A program made the position numbers and the translations under genes. Shown here in pieces: positions 1 through 12,745 of a DNA stretch of 64,000 bases (the stretch's first letter is position 1; each line of letters starts with the position of its first letter). Under the pieces are notes generated by a model, which was not told where the DNA came from, made no database searches, and worked only from the letters and a program-made list of their open reading frames with translations. The stretch is from Lama guanicoe (taxonomy: Eukaryota). The stretch lies in contig MU053881.1 of the NCBI GenBank assembly GCA_013239625.1, positions 434,001 through 498,000 on the forward strand, in the 5' to 3' direction.

Positions 1-139
1 TGTGGGTGATAGTCAGTTTCCTTGTCTGACTCGAGCCCTGTATCCCTTAGGCTTCATGCCCCTTATTTCTGATAGTCATTCTTAAGAATGTGGTAGAATA
101 TGGTATTGTAAACCACAGAATGCAGTGTTCTGCTTAAAG

Positions 140-597
140 GATGGAGTGAATAGAATAGTGTCCCACAAATTCATGTCCACCTAGAACCTCAGAATGTGAC
201 CTGTTTGGAAATAGACCTTTGCAGGTGTAAGTAGTTAAGGATCAAGCTAAGATCGTACTAGTTTAGGGTGTGCCCTAAATCCAATGACTGCATCCTTATA
301 AGGAGGAGAGAGGATGTGGAGAGGCGCACAGAGGAAAAGGCCACGGGAAGCTGGGGGTAGACAAGAGATTGGATTATGCGGCCACGGCCAGGTATTCCCA
401 AGGATTGCTGGCAACCACCAGAGAAGCTAGGGGAGAGGCATCAGGCGGTTCTCCCTCGGTGCCTCCGGAAGGAGCCAGCTGTGCTGGCACCTTGATTTCA
501 ACTTCTGGCCTCCTGAACTGTGAGACAGTAAATTTACGTTGTTTTAAACCTTAAGGTTTGTGGTCATTTGTTATGGCAGCCCTAAGAAATGAGTACA
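140..597 (+). mobile_element. MaLR solo LTR (MLT1B/C-like)
   Basis: Typical MLT1 segments: gaatgtgacctgtttggaaatag, ccctaaatccaatgactgg, ctggcctcctgaactgtgagacagtaaatttacgttg, ttgttatggcagccctaagaaatgagtaca. Confidence 0.75.
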
Positions 598-941
598 AAG
601 AGAAAACCAAAATTGAACAGTATTGCAGTTTGGTTTCACCAATGCAAAGGAGAGTGGAACTGCCTTTTTTCCATCTCGCTGGACACCTGCCTAGAGTCAT
701 GTAGATTATCCTGGTAGCCCTGATCACTGACTCATACTGACATTACTGCTGATTGAACCTTCTGAATCTTCATAGAGGCTGCCCCAAGCCAAGTGATTTT
801 ATCTTTACTGATTGCAGTCTGTTCATTCAGCCTTTCAGAATACTTTTTGGACCTTGATTTGTCATCCAGTCTTCACTCTTTCTAGCAGCTTTGTGTCACC
901 TGTGAATGTAATGAGCATACTTTCTGTGTCTTCATCTAAGT

Positions 942-1121
942 CAGTGGTTCTTAACCTGCTGGGGTTGTGGATTCCTGTTAAGACTTTAATGTAAGCTGTG
1001 GGCCTTTCTGCTGAAAAAATACATATTTATGTAGATATACAAAGTTTTCAGTAAGGTTTAGGAGGTTCTAATACCTCTTGAATCCTCAAGTGATTCATGG
1101 AACCAAAGTGAGGAATCCCTG
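942..1121. mobile_element. hAT-Charlie-type MITE (MER-like)
   Basis: Imperfect TIRs cagtggttcttaac...gaggaatccctg; near-identical 8-bp flanks atctaagt (934-941) and ctctaagt (1122-1129), the hAT TSD length. Confidence 0.6.
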
Positions 1122-1254
1122 CTCTAAGTTATTGATGAAAGTATTGAAGAGTGTGAATGAACAGACCTTTGTAGTATGTTGCTAAAAACCTAAGATGGAA
1201 ACGATGAACAGACATACATGTAAATTTGAAAATACATATACAGTTAGAAAAAAA

Positions 1255-1775
1255 GAAAGAAATGAGCTATCAAGCCATGAAAGACATTGAGGAAACTTAA
1301 AAGACATATTACTAAATGAAAGAAGCCAGTTTGAAAAGGCTACAAACTGTGCAATTCCAACCAAATGACTTTCTGGAGAAGGCAAAGCTACAGAAACAAT
1401 AAAAAGATCATGATTTCCAGGGGTTTGGGGAAAGGGAGGGAGGGAGGAATGAATAGATGGAGCACAAGGGATTTTTAGGGCAATGAAATTATTCTGTTTG
1501 ATTCTGTTGTGGTTGCTACATGTCATATGCATTTGTCAAAACCCATAGAATGTACAACATCAAGAGTGAACCCTAATGTAAACTATGGACTTTGGCTGAT
1601 AATAACGTGTCCATGTCGGTTCATCAGTTGTACCAAATGCGCCACACTGATGAGGGATGTTGCGGACAGGGGAGTATAATATAAATGTGCGGGTGGGGAG
1701 GGCTGTGTGGGAACTCTATATTTTCTGCTCAGTTCTGCTGTGAACCTGAAACTGCTCTGAAAAAATAAAGTCTTA
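1255..1775 (+). mobile_element. L1 3' end (L1MC1-like)
   Basis: aaagaaatgagctatcaagccatgaaagaca...gtgaaccctaatgtaaactatggactttgg...aaaactgctct-type end followed by aaaaataaag. Confidence 0.75.
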
Positions 1776-2052
1776 TTAATTAAAGTAATTAATTAATTAA
1801 TTTTTTAAAAAACCTAAGATGATTGACATTCTTCCATTAACCAGCACTTTTCGGGGAGGGGGGTGGGCATTTCAGTTTTCTGATTTACTTAATTGACTGC
1901 ATTTAGCACGTAGTTCTTTGTCTTATCATAAAAGACATAATCATTTCTTTGATGGAAAAAACAAATATATTGTGTTTACTTTGTTCCTGATTTGCTAGGT
2001 CCGGAACCTTGGCAAGGAAGGAGAAGCAGCAAGTCTTTATGGCTTGGCCATA

Positions 2053-2542
2053 GTGTGTTAGTTTTCTGTTGCCGCTGTAGTCAGTTACCTCACACTAAGT
2101 GGCTTAAAGCAACACAAATTTATTATCTTACAGTCCTGGAAGTGGGAAGTCCTAAATGGGTCTCACCCAGCTAGAATCAAGGTGTTGGCAAGACTGCGTT
2201 CCTTCTGGAGGGTGTAAGGGAGAATCCGTTGCCTTGCTTTTTCCAGTTTCTAGGAGCCACCTACATTCCTCGGCTCACAGCCGTTTGCTCTGTCTTCAGA
2301 ATGAGCAGCGAGGCACCTTCCGAGCTTTCCGTGACTCTGACCTTCTGCCTCTCCCTCCCACAATTAGAAGACCCCGTGATCATATTGGGCCCAGTCGCAT
2401 AGTCCGAGTTAATGTCTTTATTTTAAAGTCAGCTGATTACCGACCTTAATTCCCTCTTGTCATGTAACCTAATGTATTCACAGGTCCCAGGGATTAGGAT
2501 GGGGACATCCTGGGCGGAGGGCATTCTTCCTCCTCCCACACA
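2053..2542 (-). mobile_element. MaLR solo LTR (MLT1D/E-like)
   Basis: Reverse-oriented MLT1: ggcttaaagcaacacaaatttattatcttacagt...tattcacaggtcccagggattaggatggggacatc; TG...CA ends. Confidence 0.75.
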
Positions 2543-2854
2543 CAGTGAGCCCATGCAAGCATCCCATGATTACAGCTTTTTCTTCTAAGTGTCTACAAAT
2601 TGTTCCTTGAATAATGATTCCTGAAATTTTGCTAAGGATTAATAATACCCTAGCTAGTCCATAATTTGCACTGTCCATCTCTATCATTTTATAAATATTG
2701 GTGTGCTGTTTACACAGGTTGGTTTTCTAATCTCTGTTCTGTGATTCCTCAAAGATCATTGTCAGTGATGCAGTTTCTCATTTGCATGTTGTCACCAGAC
2801 TAATTCATCTGCATCAGAAATCCTAAACTCATGAGGGGCAACTGCTTCAGATGC

Positions 2855-3330
2855 CCATTCAGCAAAATGATTATTAAACACCTGCTGTATGGCAGGCAGG
2901 ACAGGAATGCATGCTGCGTGGTACGGGAAGCAGGGTGAGTCAGCACCTATGTGTTGTCGCGTGGTGAAAACAAACCTTAAGCTGATAATGACACCAGCAA
3001 ATACTTAATCATTATTATTGGGGAGAGTATCAGGACGCTGGGAGCGTAGTGAGAGCACTAGCCCGGTCCAGGGCGGTCGGGGAAGGCTTCTCCTGAGGGA
3101 TGAAGTTTAACCTGAGCAGATACTAGATTAAGAGGGGCGCAGAAAGGAAGGCCATTCCAGGCCACAGGAACATACGTGCAGACCACGAGGCACAGAAGAC
3201 CCTTGGTGTGCGTGAGGAACTGAAAGGAGTTCAGAGAATAAGGGGGAGAGGTGAAAGGTGGGTCAGTACTTCCCAGGCTGTGGTGGGACTTTGGACTTCA
3301 CCTCAAGAGGAACAGAAAACAGTCGCAGGG
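2855..3330 (-). mobile_element. L2 fragment
   Basis: cattcagcaaaatgattattaaacacctgctgtatggcaggc resembles the reverse-complement L2 3' end; followed by the typical ggaaggcttc...cattccaggc segments. Confidence 0.55.
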
Positions 3331-3344
3331 TTGGTTGGCTTGTT

Positions 3345-4012
3345 TGTTTAATTTTTAATTATAGTAAAATACATTTAACACACAGTTTACCATCTTAACC
3401 ACTTTTAAGTGTATGGTGCAGTGGTGCTGAGTGGATTCCCATGGTTGTACAGCCTCCAGAACACTTCTCTCGCTGCAAACCGAAACCCCTTACACAACTC
3501 CGCGTTTCCTTCGCCCTCCAGCCCCTGGCAGCCACCCTGCTGTCTGTCTCTGTGAATCTGAGTACTCTAGAAACCTCATGTAAGTGGAATCATATAGTAC
3601 TTGTCTTTTTACAACTGACTTACTTCATTTAGTGTAATGTCCTCAAGGTTCACCCATGTTGTAGCATGCTCCCCCAAACTGACTTACAGATTCAGTGTAA
3701 CCCCAAGAAAATACCAGCTGGCTTTTTGCAGAAATTGACAAGCTGATCCTAAAATGTATATAGACCCAGAATATTCAAAACAGTCCTGAAAAAGAACAGA
3801 ATTAGAGGGCTCATACTTCTTGATTTCAAAACTTAACTACGAGACAGTGTGGTACTAGCTAAGATAGACATACGGATCATTGGAACAGAACTGAGATCCA
3901 GAAATAAACCCTTACATTTATGGTCAGTTGGTTTTCAACAAAGGTACCAATACAGTTCAGTGGGGAAAAGAATTGCCTTTCAACAGAGGGTGCTGGGACA
4001 GCTGGATAGCCA
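3345..4012. mobile_element. Old L1 (L1MB-like): minus-strand 3' end joined to a plus-strand ORF2 piece
   Basis: 3345-3669 is a minus-strand L1 3' UTR with a T-rich tail at left; 3670-4012 is plus-strand ORF2 (VFNKGTNTVQWGKELPFNRGCWDSWIA). Confidence 0.7.
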
Positions 4013-5749
4013 AGAAGACTGAGGGAGAGGGAGGAGACAGAGCAGCGTCTATTACCTCAGAAGTTAAGCGGTTCCCTGCCTCTGCCGGTGCTGAGGAGGA
4101 AGGGACGCCGGGGGCTGGAAAGTATTCTTCGCATTTGGTGATGTAAACCAAGGTCACTGGAAATTTGGAAGAAAGCAACTATGGCATTTTAAAGTTTGCA
4201 AATCCCAGGGCAAAGAAAGCTGGGTAATTACAAATTATTTTAATGGGGTGATAGATTATTTGAAGAACCCAACAGGAATACACTAAATATAAACAGCAGT
4301 TTTGCTGAGATGAACTGAGAGTACGTAACAGGGAGACCTATCGTAAGGATATATTTGTTTTCTTATAATCTCTGCACCCATTTTCAGTGTCCTTTTAGTC
4401 TTGCTCTGATTGTCTGAGTTCTCAGGTTATTCTCCTTTATAGGGAGAACAAAAGCAAAAAGGTTTTGAGAAACGTTTTCCTCCGTTGTCTTGTTAACCCC
4501 AAGTAGTGGACCTATTTCTTCCCTATTCTTGCTCTGAAAAAACTTAAAAAAAAATCTTTTGGACAGGGGATAAGAGAAGCCCCTTTTCTTGTTCTTGTCA
4601 TTATTGGCAACCTTCAGCTCTTTCTGAGCTTTTTAAAAGATTTTGGGAAAAAAAATTGTGGAGGGGGAAATTTCTGTTAAGTCTATACTGTCACCCTGCA
4701 TTTGCCTTTACGGGGTTGTACAAGTCTTCCTTAAAGTTGAATTTATCTTGTGCATTCTTGTTGGTTTCTTCTTTTCTTTCTCATCAAGATTATTTGTAAT
4801 TACCCAGCTTTTTTTGCCCCGGGTTTTGCAAACTCTAAAATGCTAGGTTGCTTTCTTCCCAGGTCACTTCACAGTCTGGGTCTGTGTTAGGTTCTGGGTA
4901 GCTAGACTGTGTTAGTGTCCTCTGGTTATCCCTAGCAGTTATCCTATGGAAGATGAACAGTAAAGCAGATGAGGAACTTGCTAGACATTTGGCTTTTAGC
5001 TGAGTGAGATTTTTGCAGTTTTGGGACCCCTGTCAGGACTCTCATCTTGTCTGTCAGTTTTGTGGTCTGTTTTCCTATTCAACTCTGTTTGGCCAGTTGA
5101 CCTCCGTGTGTTGCCCCATCAAAGTCTCATTTCCTTCTCTCAGATATGTTCTTGAGTTCTTCTTTTCACTTGGATTTTCTTGAAGGACATACCTTATCTT
5201 GATGTAAAATAACTGCTTTAACACTTTCCCCTCCAAATAGTAGTTTCTTAGGTAAAGTATACTCTTCCATTATTACAGGCCAATCTTGAGACCCACTTCA
5301 ACACATCTCATTGATTATTTTATATACTTAGGGTAAACTTTAAAGGTTTTTCTTATTTTTTATTGGTTTATGGACGTCTCGGATTATGAAAACTTTAACC
5401 TTCTGGTTCTCATTTGTTTTCTCATGTGAATAGACTCTCACTGTGTTATTTTTTTCTAGTTGTCCTCCATAGGGACTGATATCATGGCTTTTTTTTCATG
5501 TTCTCCTCCCTCCTTCAGTTTTGCTTGAAGTCCTTTGATCAGTGGTCAGTCAGCCTTTGGACAAATACTTCTGTTAGTATGAGCTCCGCTATTTCTAACC
5601 CAATTTTTTTTTCCCTATGAGAATGAGTCATCTCTTTTAACTTGCATCACATTAACAACACTTAACTACCACCTGGGAAATGTAAGGGCTAGTGGGGAAC
5701 TATGTAAATAGAATTATGCGTAAAACAAGGACCCTAAGATGAAAAAAAA

Positions 5750-7260
5750 TGCTTTTGCTATTGAGTTGTATGAGTTCTTTATATATGTTGCATATGAACC
5801 CCTTAGCAGATGTATGAATTGCAAATATTTTCTCTTGTTCCATTGGTTGCTTTTTTATTTTGTTGACGGTATCATTTGCTGAATAGAAGCTTTTTAGTTT
5901 GATGTAGTCTCACTTGTGTGTTTTGGTTTTTGTTGCCTTTGTTTTTGATGTCAAATCTGAAAAATCATATCCAAGACGAATGTCATGGAGCTTCCCGCCT
6001 ATGCTTTCTTCTAGGAGTTCTGTGGTTTCAGGTCTGGCATTCAAGTCTTTCATCCATTTTGAGTTGGTTTTTGTGCATGGTGTATGAGAGTGGTCTGGTT
6101 TTGTTCTTTTGCATGGGGCTGTCCAGTTTTCCCCCACCATTTATTGAAGAGGCTGTTTCCTTCCCCCATTGTATATTCTTGGCTCCTTTTTAGTAAATTC
6201 ACTGACCGTGTATGTGTGGATTATCTCTGGGGTCTCTGTTCTGTTCCATCAATCTGTGTGTCTGTTTTTATGCCAGTATCCTACTGTTCTGATTACATAC
6301 TTTGTAATGTAGTTTGAAATCAGAAGCATGGATGCCTCTAGCCTTGTTCTTCTTTTTCAAGATTACTTTGGCTATTTGGGATCTTTTGTGGTTCCATACA
6401 AATTTTAGTGTTATTGATTTTGTGAAAAATGTGGTTGGAATTTTTATAGGATTGCATTGAATCTGTAGATTGCTTTGGGTAATGTGGACATTTTAACAAT
6501 ATTAACTCTTCCAATCCATGAACACAGAATACCTTTCCATTTATTTGTGTCTTTTTCAGTTTCTTTCATCAGTGTCTTAATAGTTTTAATTGTATAGATG
6601 TTTCACCTCCTTGGTTAAGTTTATTCCTAGGTGTTTCATTCTTTTTGATGCAATTGTAAATGGGATTGTTTCCTTAATTTCTCTCTCTGATAGTCTGTTA
6701 TTAGTATATAGAAATGCAGCAGATTTTTTTGTATGTTGAATTTTTATCCTGCAACTTTACTGAACTTGTTTGTTTATTCTAACAGCTTTTTGGTGGAGTC
6801 TTTGGGGTTTTCTATATATAATATCATGTTATCTACAAATAGAGACAGTTTTACTTCCTCCTTTCAGATTTGGGTGCCTGTTTTTTTCCTTTTTCTTGAC
6901 TAATTGCTACGACTAGTACTTTCAGTACTATGTTGAATAAAAGTAGCAAAAGTGGGCGTCCTTGTCTTGGTCCTGATCTTAAAGGAGAAGCTTTCAGTTT
7001 CTCACTGTTTATTATGTTAGCTGTGGGCTTGTCATTATGTTGAAATACATTACCTCTCTACCCACTTTACTTTGTGGAGAGTTTTTATCATAAGCAGATA
7101 CTGGGTTTTATCATATGCTTTTTCTGCATCTATGGAAATGATCATGTGATTTTGATCCTTCTTTTTGTTGATGTGATGCATCGCATTGATTTATGGATGA
7201 TGGACCATCTCTGCATCCCTGATCACAGTGCACATTCCTTTTAATATATTGTTGAATCCG
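5750..7260 (-). mobile_element. L1 ORF2 fragment
   Basis: Minus-strand ORF 5910-6140 (ENWTAPCKR...KTNSKWMKDLNARPETTELLEE) resembles L1 ORF2 C-terminal region; RT-region DNA continues to about 7260. Confidence 0.85.
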
Positions 7261-7454
7261 TCATTCTTACATCTGAAATTACTTTCCAGGTAACCCGATC
7301 TTTGTCAACACTGTCATTTTGTCGGAGTCATTAGTACCAAAAGTAGTAGTACCAGGAACAGGAAGTGATAAACAAATTAGAAGTGCTCCCACGCCTTTTA
7401 CTTTTCTGCCCAAGAATTAATAATGCTTTCTGATGCTGCAAACCCTCAGTTATA

Positions 7455-7725
7455 AAATGAAGAAGTTTTGGAGGTCTCGTGTATAGCATGGTGACTCGTT
7501 AATAATGCTGTATCGTATACTTGAAATTGGGTATAATAGTAGATTGTAAGTGCTTGTGTGTCCACACACACGGAAGGGTAACTGTATGGAGTGCTGGATG
7601 TGTTAATTGGCTTCAGTGTGTGTTCACTTCACAGTGTGTAGGTGTAACAGATGACTGTGCTGTACACCTTAAATGTGTACAGGTTTTGTTTGTTAATCAT
7701 ACCTCAGTAAAGCTAGGAGGGAAAT
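7455..7725 (+). mobile_element. L1 3' end (L1MA9/10-like)
   Basis: atagcatggtgactcgttaataatgctgtatcgtatacttgaaatt...tgtacaccttaaatgtgtaca...catacctcagtaaagctag. Confidence 0.7.
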
Positions 7726-9211
7726 AATGCCTTCAGGTGCTCCCCTGGGCCTTTGATGGGGCTCAGACATTTTTCTATACACCAACAGAGTGGAGTCACA
7801 GTCAGTGGCTTTGCTCTGTTTGGGTGGGCTCTTGGTGACAGCCAAGAAAATGAACACTACTGACTGAGCTGGGTCTCTTTCTATCACTTCCCTGTTTTCA
7901 GGAATTTCAGTCTAACGGGTTTAGGCAGATGATGACACTAGCAGTAAGGAATTCCACACAGAAAGATCACCTTTTGGGCGGGTGGGGGGAGGATAATGAC
8001 TCTGAGATACTCAGTATTCATGGAGAAGTACCTAGCAGTTGAAAATTCAAGACTGAAGCTCAAGAGAGGTTTAGATTTAGACGTCATCTACATATAGGTT
8101 GAAGCCACGTGAATGGGTGAGATTGCCCACTGAGAAAAGAAGGCCTGGGGCAGAGCCTCAGTGAACGCCTCGAGCAGAGAGGCCAGCAGTGGGAAAACGA
8201 GAGTGAGTGGTCAGAGCCGTGGGAGGAAAGCCTGATGGGTGGGAGCCAGCGGAAAAGAGAGCCTCAGAAAGAGGTGTGCTCGGTGCCGTGATGCTTCTAT
8301 GGAACAGGGAGGGAAGTGGGTTAAATAATTAGCACCTGTCAATGTCGTGCTCTGATACCATGACTGTATGAGGACCTAGCAGTGATTTTTTAAGTTACTT
8401 TGATTTTTAGCATCTCTCTTGAATGGAGTGTTTGTTACATCCATTGTAATAGAAATTATTTCTGAACATGACTTTTCAAGTTAAGTGATTTGTATTAGCC
8501 ATCATTTAAAATTACTCTTAAGATGCTTTTTATTATGTCTTGGAGAACATCCAACAGATAAATATATATAAATTCTAAGGATGTAAAAAATAATCAAAAT
8601 CCATTTGAGATCTACAGTAACTGAGTATAGAAGACAAATGATAATGGATAGCTATTGACAGTTAAACTTGCTGACAGTTCAGTTTTGTATGACTCTTCTT
8701 GCAATGTTGATTGATATATCCAGCATTTTAGGTATACAGAATGTATTTTATTGTTCCCATCTTCCTTAAAATTCTATATTAAATGGTAATTTATTGTAAA
8801 AGTTTCTTTCTTTAGAATATACCTGAAGAAGTAAAAATTTCCAATTAATAGAAAATTTTAAAAAACATTTATTTTACTTTTTTTAATTCAAAAGTAAAAA
8901 GTATACACAGTAACATTTGAGCCTACATAGTTAAAATGTTTCATTGAGCTGCTTCTCAACATAAGAAGCAGAAGATAATGGAACAATATCTTCAGCATGC
9001 TGTCAGAAAAATAACTGTCTGGATTTTTTTTAACCTCATTAAGCTATCATTCAAGAATGAGGGCAAGTTAAAGAAGTTTTCAGATATGTAAAGACACGTT
9101 TAACCTAAAAAGTAAGTTTACCCTGAAATCTTAAATGAAAGAACTTCTAAAGGATGTAGAATAAGTAAGAAGGAGGAAACACAGAGGGGAAAAGTGGAAT
9201 GTGAAGTGTGC

Positions 9212-9680
9212 TGTGATGGTTAATTTTATGTGTCACCTTGGCTGGGCAGCAGAGGTCCCAGGTATTTGGTTAGACATCATTCTGGGTGTTTCTGTGAGGG
9301 TGCTTTTAGGCAAGATTGACATATAAATTGGTAGACCGAATAAAGCAGATTTCCCACCCCCACCCCCATTGTGGGTGGGCCTCAACCAATCAGTTGAAGG
9401 CCTGAATAAAACAAAAGGGCCGATTCTTCTCCAACCTGACTGCCTTCAAACTGGACATTGATGTTTTCCTGCCTTCAGCCTCAACAGAAACATCATCTCA
9501 TCCTGAGTCTCACTCCTGCCAACCTTTGGGCTGGAACTCCACCATCGGCCCTCCAGTGTGCTGACTTCCGATCCTAAGACCCGTCAGCCTCCATAATCAC
9601 ATGAGTCCGTTCCTTAATAAATCTCTTTATACACACACTTATCTTACTGGTCTGTTTCTCTGGAGAACCTTGACTGAAAT
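9212..9680 (+). mobile_element. ERVL solo LTR (MLT2-like)
   Basis: Begins tgtgatggttaattttatgtgtca; contains gggtgggcctcaaccaatcagttgaaggcctgaata; ends ctggtctgtttctctggagaaccttgact. Confidence 0.8.
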
Positions 9681-9837
9681 AAGGACTGAGAAGCATCTGT
9701 AGGCAGAGTTTAACAAGCACTGGCTGTGTGAAACATTGAGTATTAGGGAGGGGATAATTAGATGCAAGGTGCAACTGTGTAGCGGGCAATTACACATCAG
9801 AGGGAAGGAGATGGTCAGAGTTGCATTCTGAAGAGAG

Positions 9838-10240
9838 GTGAATGGTGGCCTGCCAGAAGACAGGTCCATGTCCTAATGCCTGGAACCTGTAGTTACACCT
9901 TGCAGGTGTAATTAAATTAGGGATCTTGAGATGAGATCATCCTTGATTATGTGAGTGGGTCCTAAATCCAATGATAAGTGTCTTTATAAGTGACGGAAGT
10001 GAAGAGGCAGACACAGAGGAGACCATGTGAAGGCCGAGGCAGGAGTGATGCAGCCACAAGCCAAGGTCACCTGAAACTGCCAGAAGCTGGAAGAGGGAAG
10101 GAAGGATTCTCCACTGGGACCTGCAGAGGGAACGTGATCCTGCCAGCACCTTGGTTTCAGACTTCTGGCCTTCAGAACTATGAGAGAATTAATTTCTGTT
10201 GTTCAAGACCCCGAGTTTCTAGTACTTTGTTTTGATAGCC
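9838..10240 (+). mobile_element. MaLR solo LTR (MLT1D-like)
   Basis: gtccatgtcctaatgcctggaacctgt...gcagccacaagccaagg...ttcagacttctggccttcagaactatgagagaattaatttctgttg. Confidence 0.8.
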
Positions 10241-10569
10241 GTTTTAAGAGCCTTGTGCTCGTCAGGAAGAGGACAAAGATAGTGATTAAATGTCAACTTT
10301 TAACAGGTATGCATGTTAGTATTTAAAAGGTACCTTAAAAAAATAGAACTTGAGTATATGGATGGAAAAAGAGAGGGAAATAAAGACAGTTTGATCCATG
10401 CATGCGTTCAGAAGCAGAGAAGAGGAGGAGAGAAGTGTAAAGGAGCTTGAGAATAGTAAGAACAAACTAGTGACAACTGATCCGAATGTGTACGTTAAAC
10501 AAACTAAACCAGGCAGGTGAGACTCCCTTCTGCAGTCTAGTGAAAAACCTGTGGGCTGCTTCTCAGAAT

Positions 10570-10890
10570 AGTGATGAGTACAAAAGTAAATGAGATTAAA
10601 GGAAACCAAGTATCCTGAAACACAAGTATCAGTGTATTCAAAATATTCGTGACATAGTAATATGTGTGCTTTTTTTTTAACATATTAAGTAACAAGCTCT
10701 AGGGCTGGATTAAATAACTTTAATTACTAGTATTTTGTGATATATGCAAAAATCAATGCAATTGCTATTAATTACAAATTATAGATGTCTTTTTGTCTCC
10801 ATTGATAGATGAAAACGCTAGATTTCAGTTAGTGTTTAGTGAAAGAAAAGACGATTTCCCTGGCGTCCTGGATTCTAGCCGTGGATCCTT
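10570..10890. mobile_element. Probable hAT-Charlie1 DNA transposon fragment
   Basis: gtgacatagtaatatgtgtgcttt...aacatattaagtaacaagctctag resembles the recalled Charlie1 consensus. Confidence 0.45.
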
Positions 10891-11179
10891 GTCACGAACC
10901 CTTGCTCTGGATGTTAGTCTTCAAGTGAAGCTGTCCTCTCCTGGATAATTACCACTCTGCTCAGGTGTGGGAGGGAGGCAAAGCACTGGCGTCACAGCTG
11001 CCTCCCTGTGTCGGGACTTTCCCAGGAAGCTTTCCCCCTAGGTCCGACCGTCCTGGTGGGCTTGAGTTGCCAGGTGTGGATCCTGGTGGGCTAAGAGTGC
11101 CCCTCAGCTGGGAGAAAGCCCCAGTTCGAGCATTGCCGCTTGACTCTCACGAGAGCATGGGTGCTCCAAGTAACAGATC

Positions 11180-11700
11180 CCTGCTTAGACTGATTGCAAG
11201 TAAGGAGGACGTTAATCCCATCTCAGAACTGGAAGCTCCAAGGCAGGGCCACCTCCAGGCTTCAAGGATTCAACAGTTGGCATGTTACCAACGATCTTGT
11301 CCCTTCCATCAGAGTTTCAGCTTTACCCAAAGATTGAGCCCCTCTTCACCGTAAAATGGCTGCCAGCAGCAGCTGGAGTCACAGGTTTCCTGATTCACGT
11401 CCTGTGGCCTCGCCTTCATATGTTACTTTTGTGTGGCTCATCTTGGTCTGTCTGCCTTCACCCTCAGAGGCTCAAGTAGGTGTCACTTGAAGCATATGAC
11501 TGTGTAGAAGTGATGCCTGAATTAAATAAGGTCTTTGGTTTGGGGGTGGGGTTTTTTGGGGGGCAGCTAATAGAATCTACCTCAGACCCCAAGTTGATCC
11601 CATGGCCTTGCCTGGAAATGGGGCAGAGCAGGCAGAAAACACACACATTGGAGAGTGACTGCCTTACCCTTGCCTGTGCCTCCCATGCCTCCTTCCACGT
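11180..11700. mobile_element. Possible old MaLR LTR (MLT1J/K-like)
   Basis: gattgcaagtaa...aaaatggctgccagcagc...cttgcctggaaatggggcag motifs; heavily diverged. Confidence 0.35.
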
Positions 11701-12302
11701 GAACCAGGAAAAACATACCAGAATATCTGTGAGCTCACCAAGGCCAAGACCAGTCTCTGCGCAGAACGGGAGGGAGTGACTCTCCTCCCTGTGTGGAACT
11801 TTCCGTATTTCTCTCTTGAGTCTTAGCATTCTAATTTAGTTGTATGTGTTGGGAACTGTGGATTTATATAAGTAAAGTTTGAAGAATAGTTTCTCAGAAA
11901 AGGGCTGATTGGTATGAGAAGTCAGTAAGCATCGTTGTTCCAGTAAGTAAAAAAGTCTGCCCTCCACGTAGAGAGAATTCTAGCTCTGGAGAGTATCAGG
12001 CCTGCGTCCAGATGGTTTGAGGGCTCAGGAGCATCAGCAGTGAAGAATCTGGTGGAGGGAGAGGAGTCAGTCAGGAAGACTAGGAAGGAGGGCTGTTGAG
12101 GAGGAGGAGGAAAGCCAGGAGGATGAGGGCTCTGGGAGCCAAGAGAGGAGGATGTTCAGCTGGGGCAGAGGTTGCAGAGAGGTCAATTTGGAGGAGGATT
12201 AAGATTTTTTTAGTGTCCTGGGATGTAGCCACACTGAGGTTATTGGTGCCTTTTAGAGCTCTTTCAGTGGAGAGGCTGGATGCGGAGATTAAAATGTGAT
12301 GA

Positions 12303-12745
12303 GCATACAAAAGACTAAAATAATGCCATTTGCAGCAACACGGATGGACCTAGAGAGCGTCATTCTAAGTGAAATAAGCCAGAAAGACAAAGAAAAATAC
12401 CATGTGATACCACTCATATGTGGTATCTAAAAAAAAAAGGACACTGTAAACTCATCTACAAAACAGAAACAGATTCGCAGACTTAGTAAACAATCTTATG
12501 GTTAACAGGGAAAGGTGGTGGGAGGGTATAAATTTGGGAGTTTGAGATTTACAAATGTTAGTCACTGTATATAAAAATAGATTTTTTTAAAGTTTCTTTT
12601 GTATAGCACAGAACTATGTTCAATATCTTGTAATAACCTTTAATGAAAAAATATATGAAAATGAGTATTTGTATATCCATGACTGGGATGTTGTACTGTA
12701 CACTGGAGATAGACACATTGTAATTGACTGTACTTCAATTAAAAA
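12303..12745 (+). mobile_element. Young lineage-specific L1 3' end, 5'-truncated
   Basis: aaataatgccatttgcagcaacacggatggacctagag...cttcaattaaaaaaaaa; TSD aaaatgtgatga (12291-12302) / aaaatatgatga (12746-12757). Confidence 0.9.

Noticed and set aside
1774..1810. AT-rich (TAAT)n palindromic stretch
   Set aside because: Low-complexity decay of the adjacent L1 tail.
1853..1867. G-quadruplex-like G runs (also near 29060 and 51735)
   Set aside because: Short or incomplete G-tract sets common in mammalian DNA, with no positional evidence of function.
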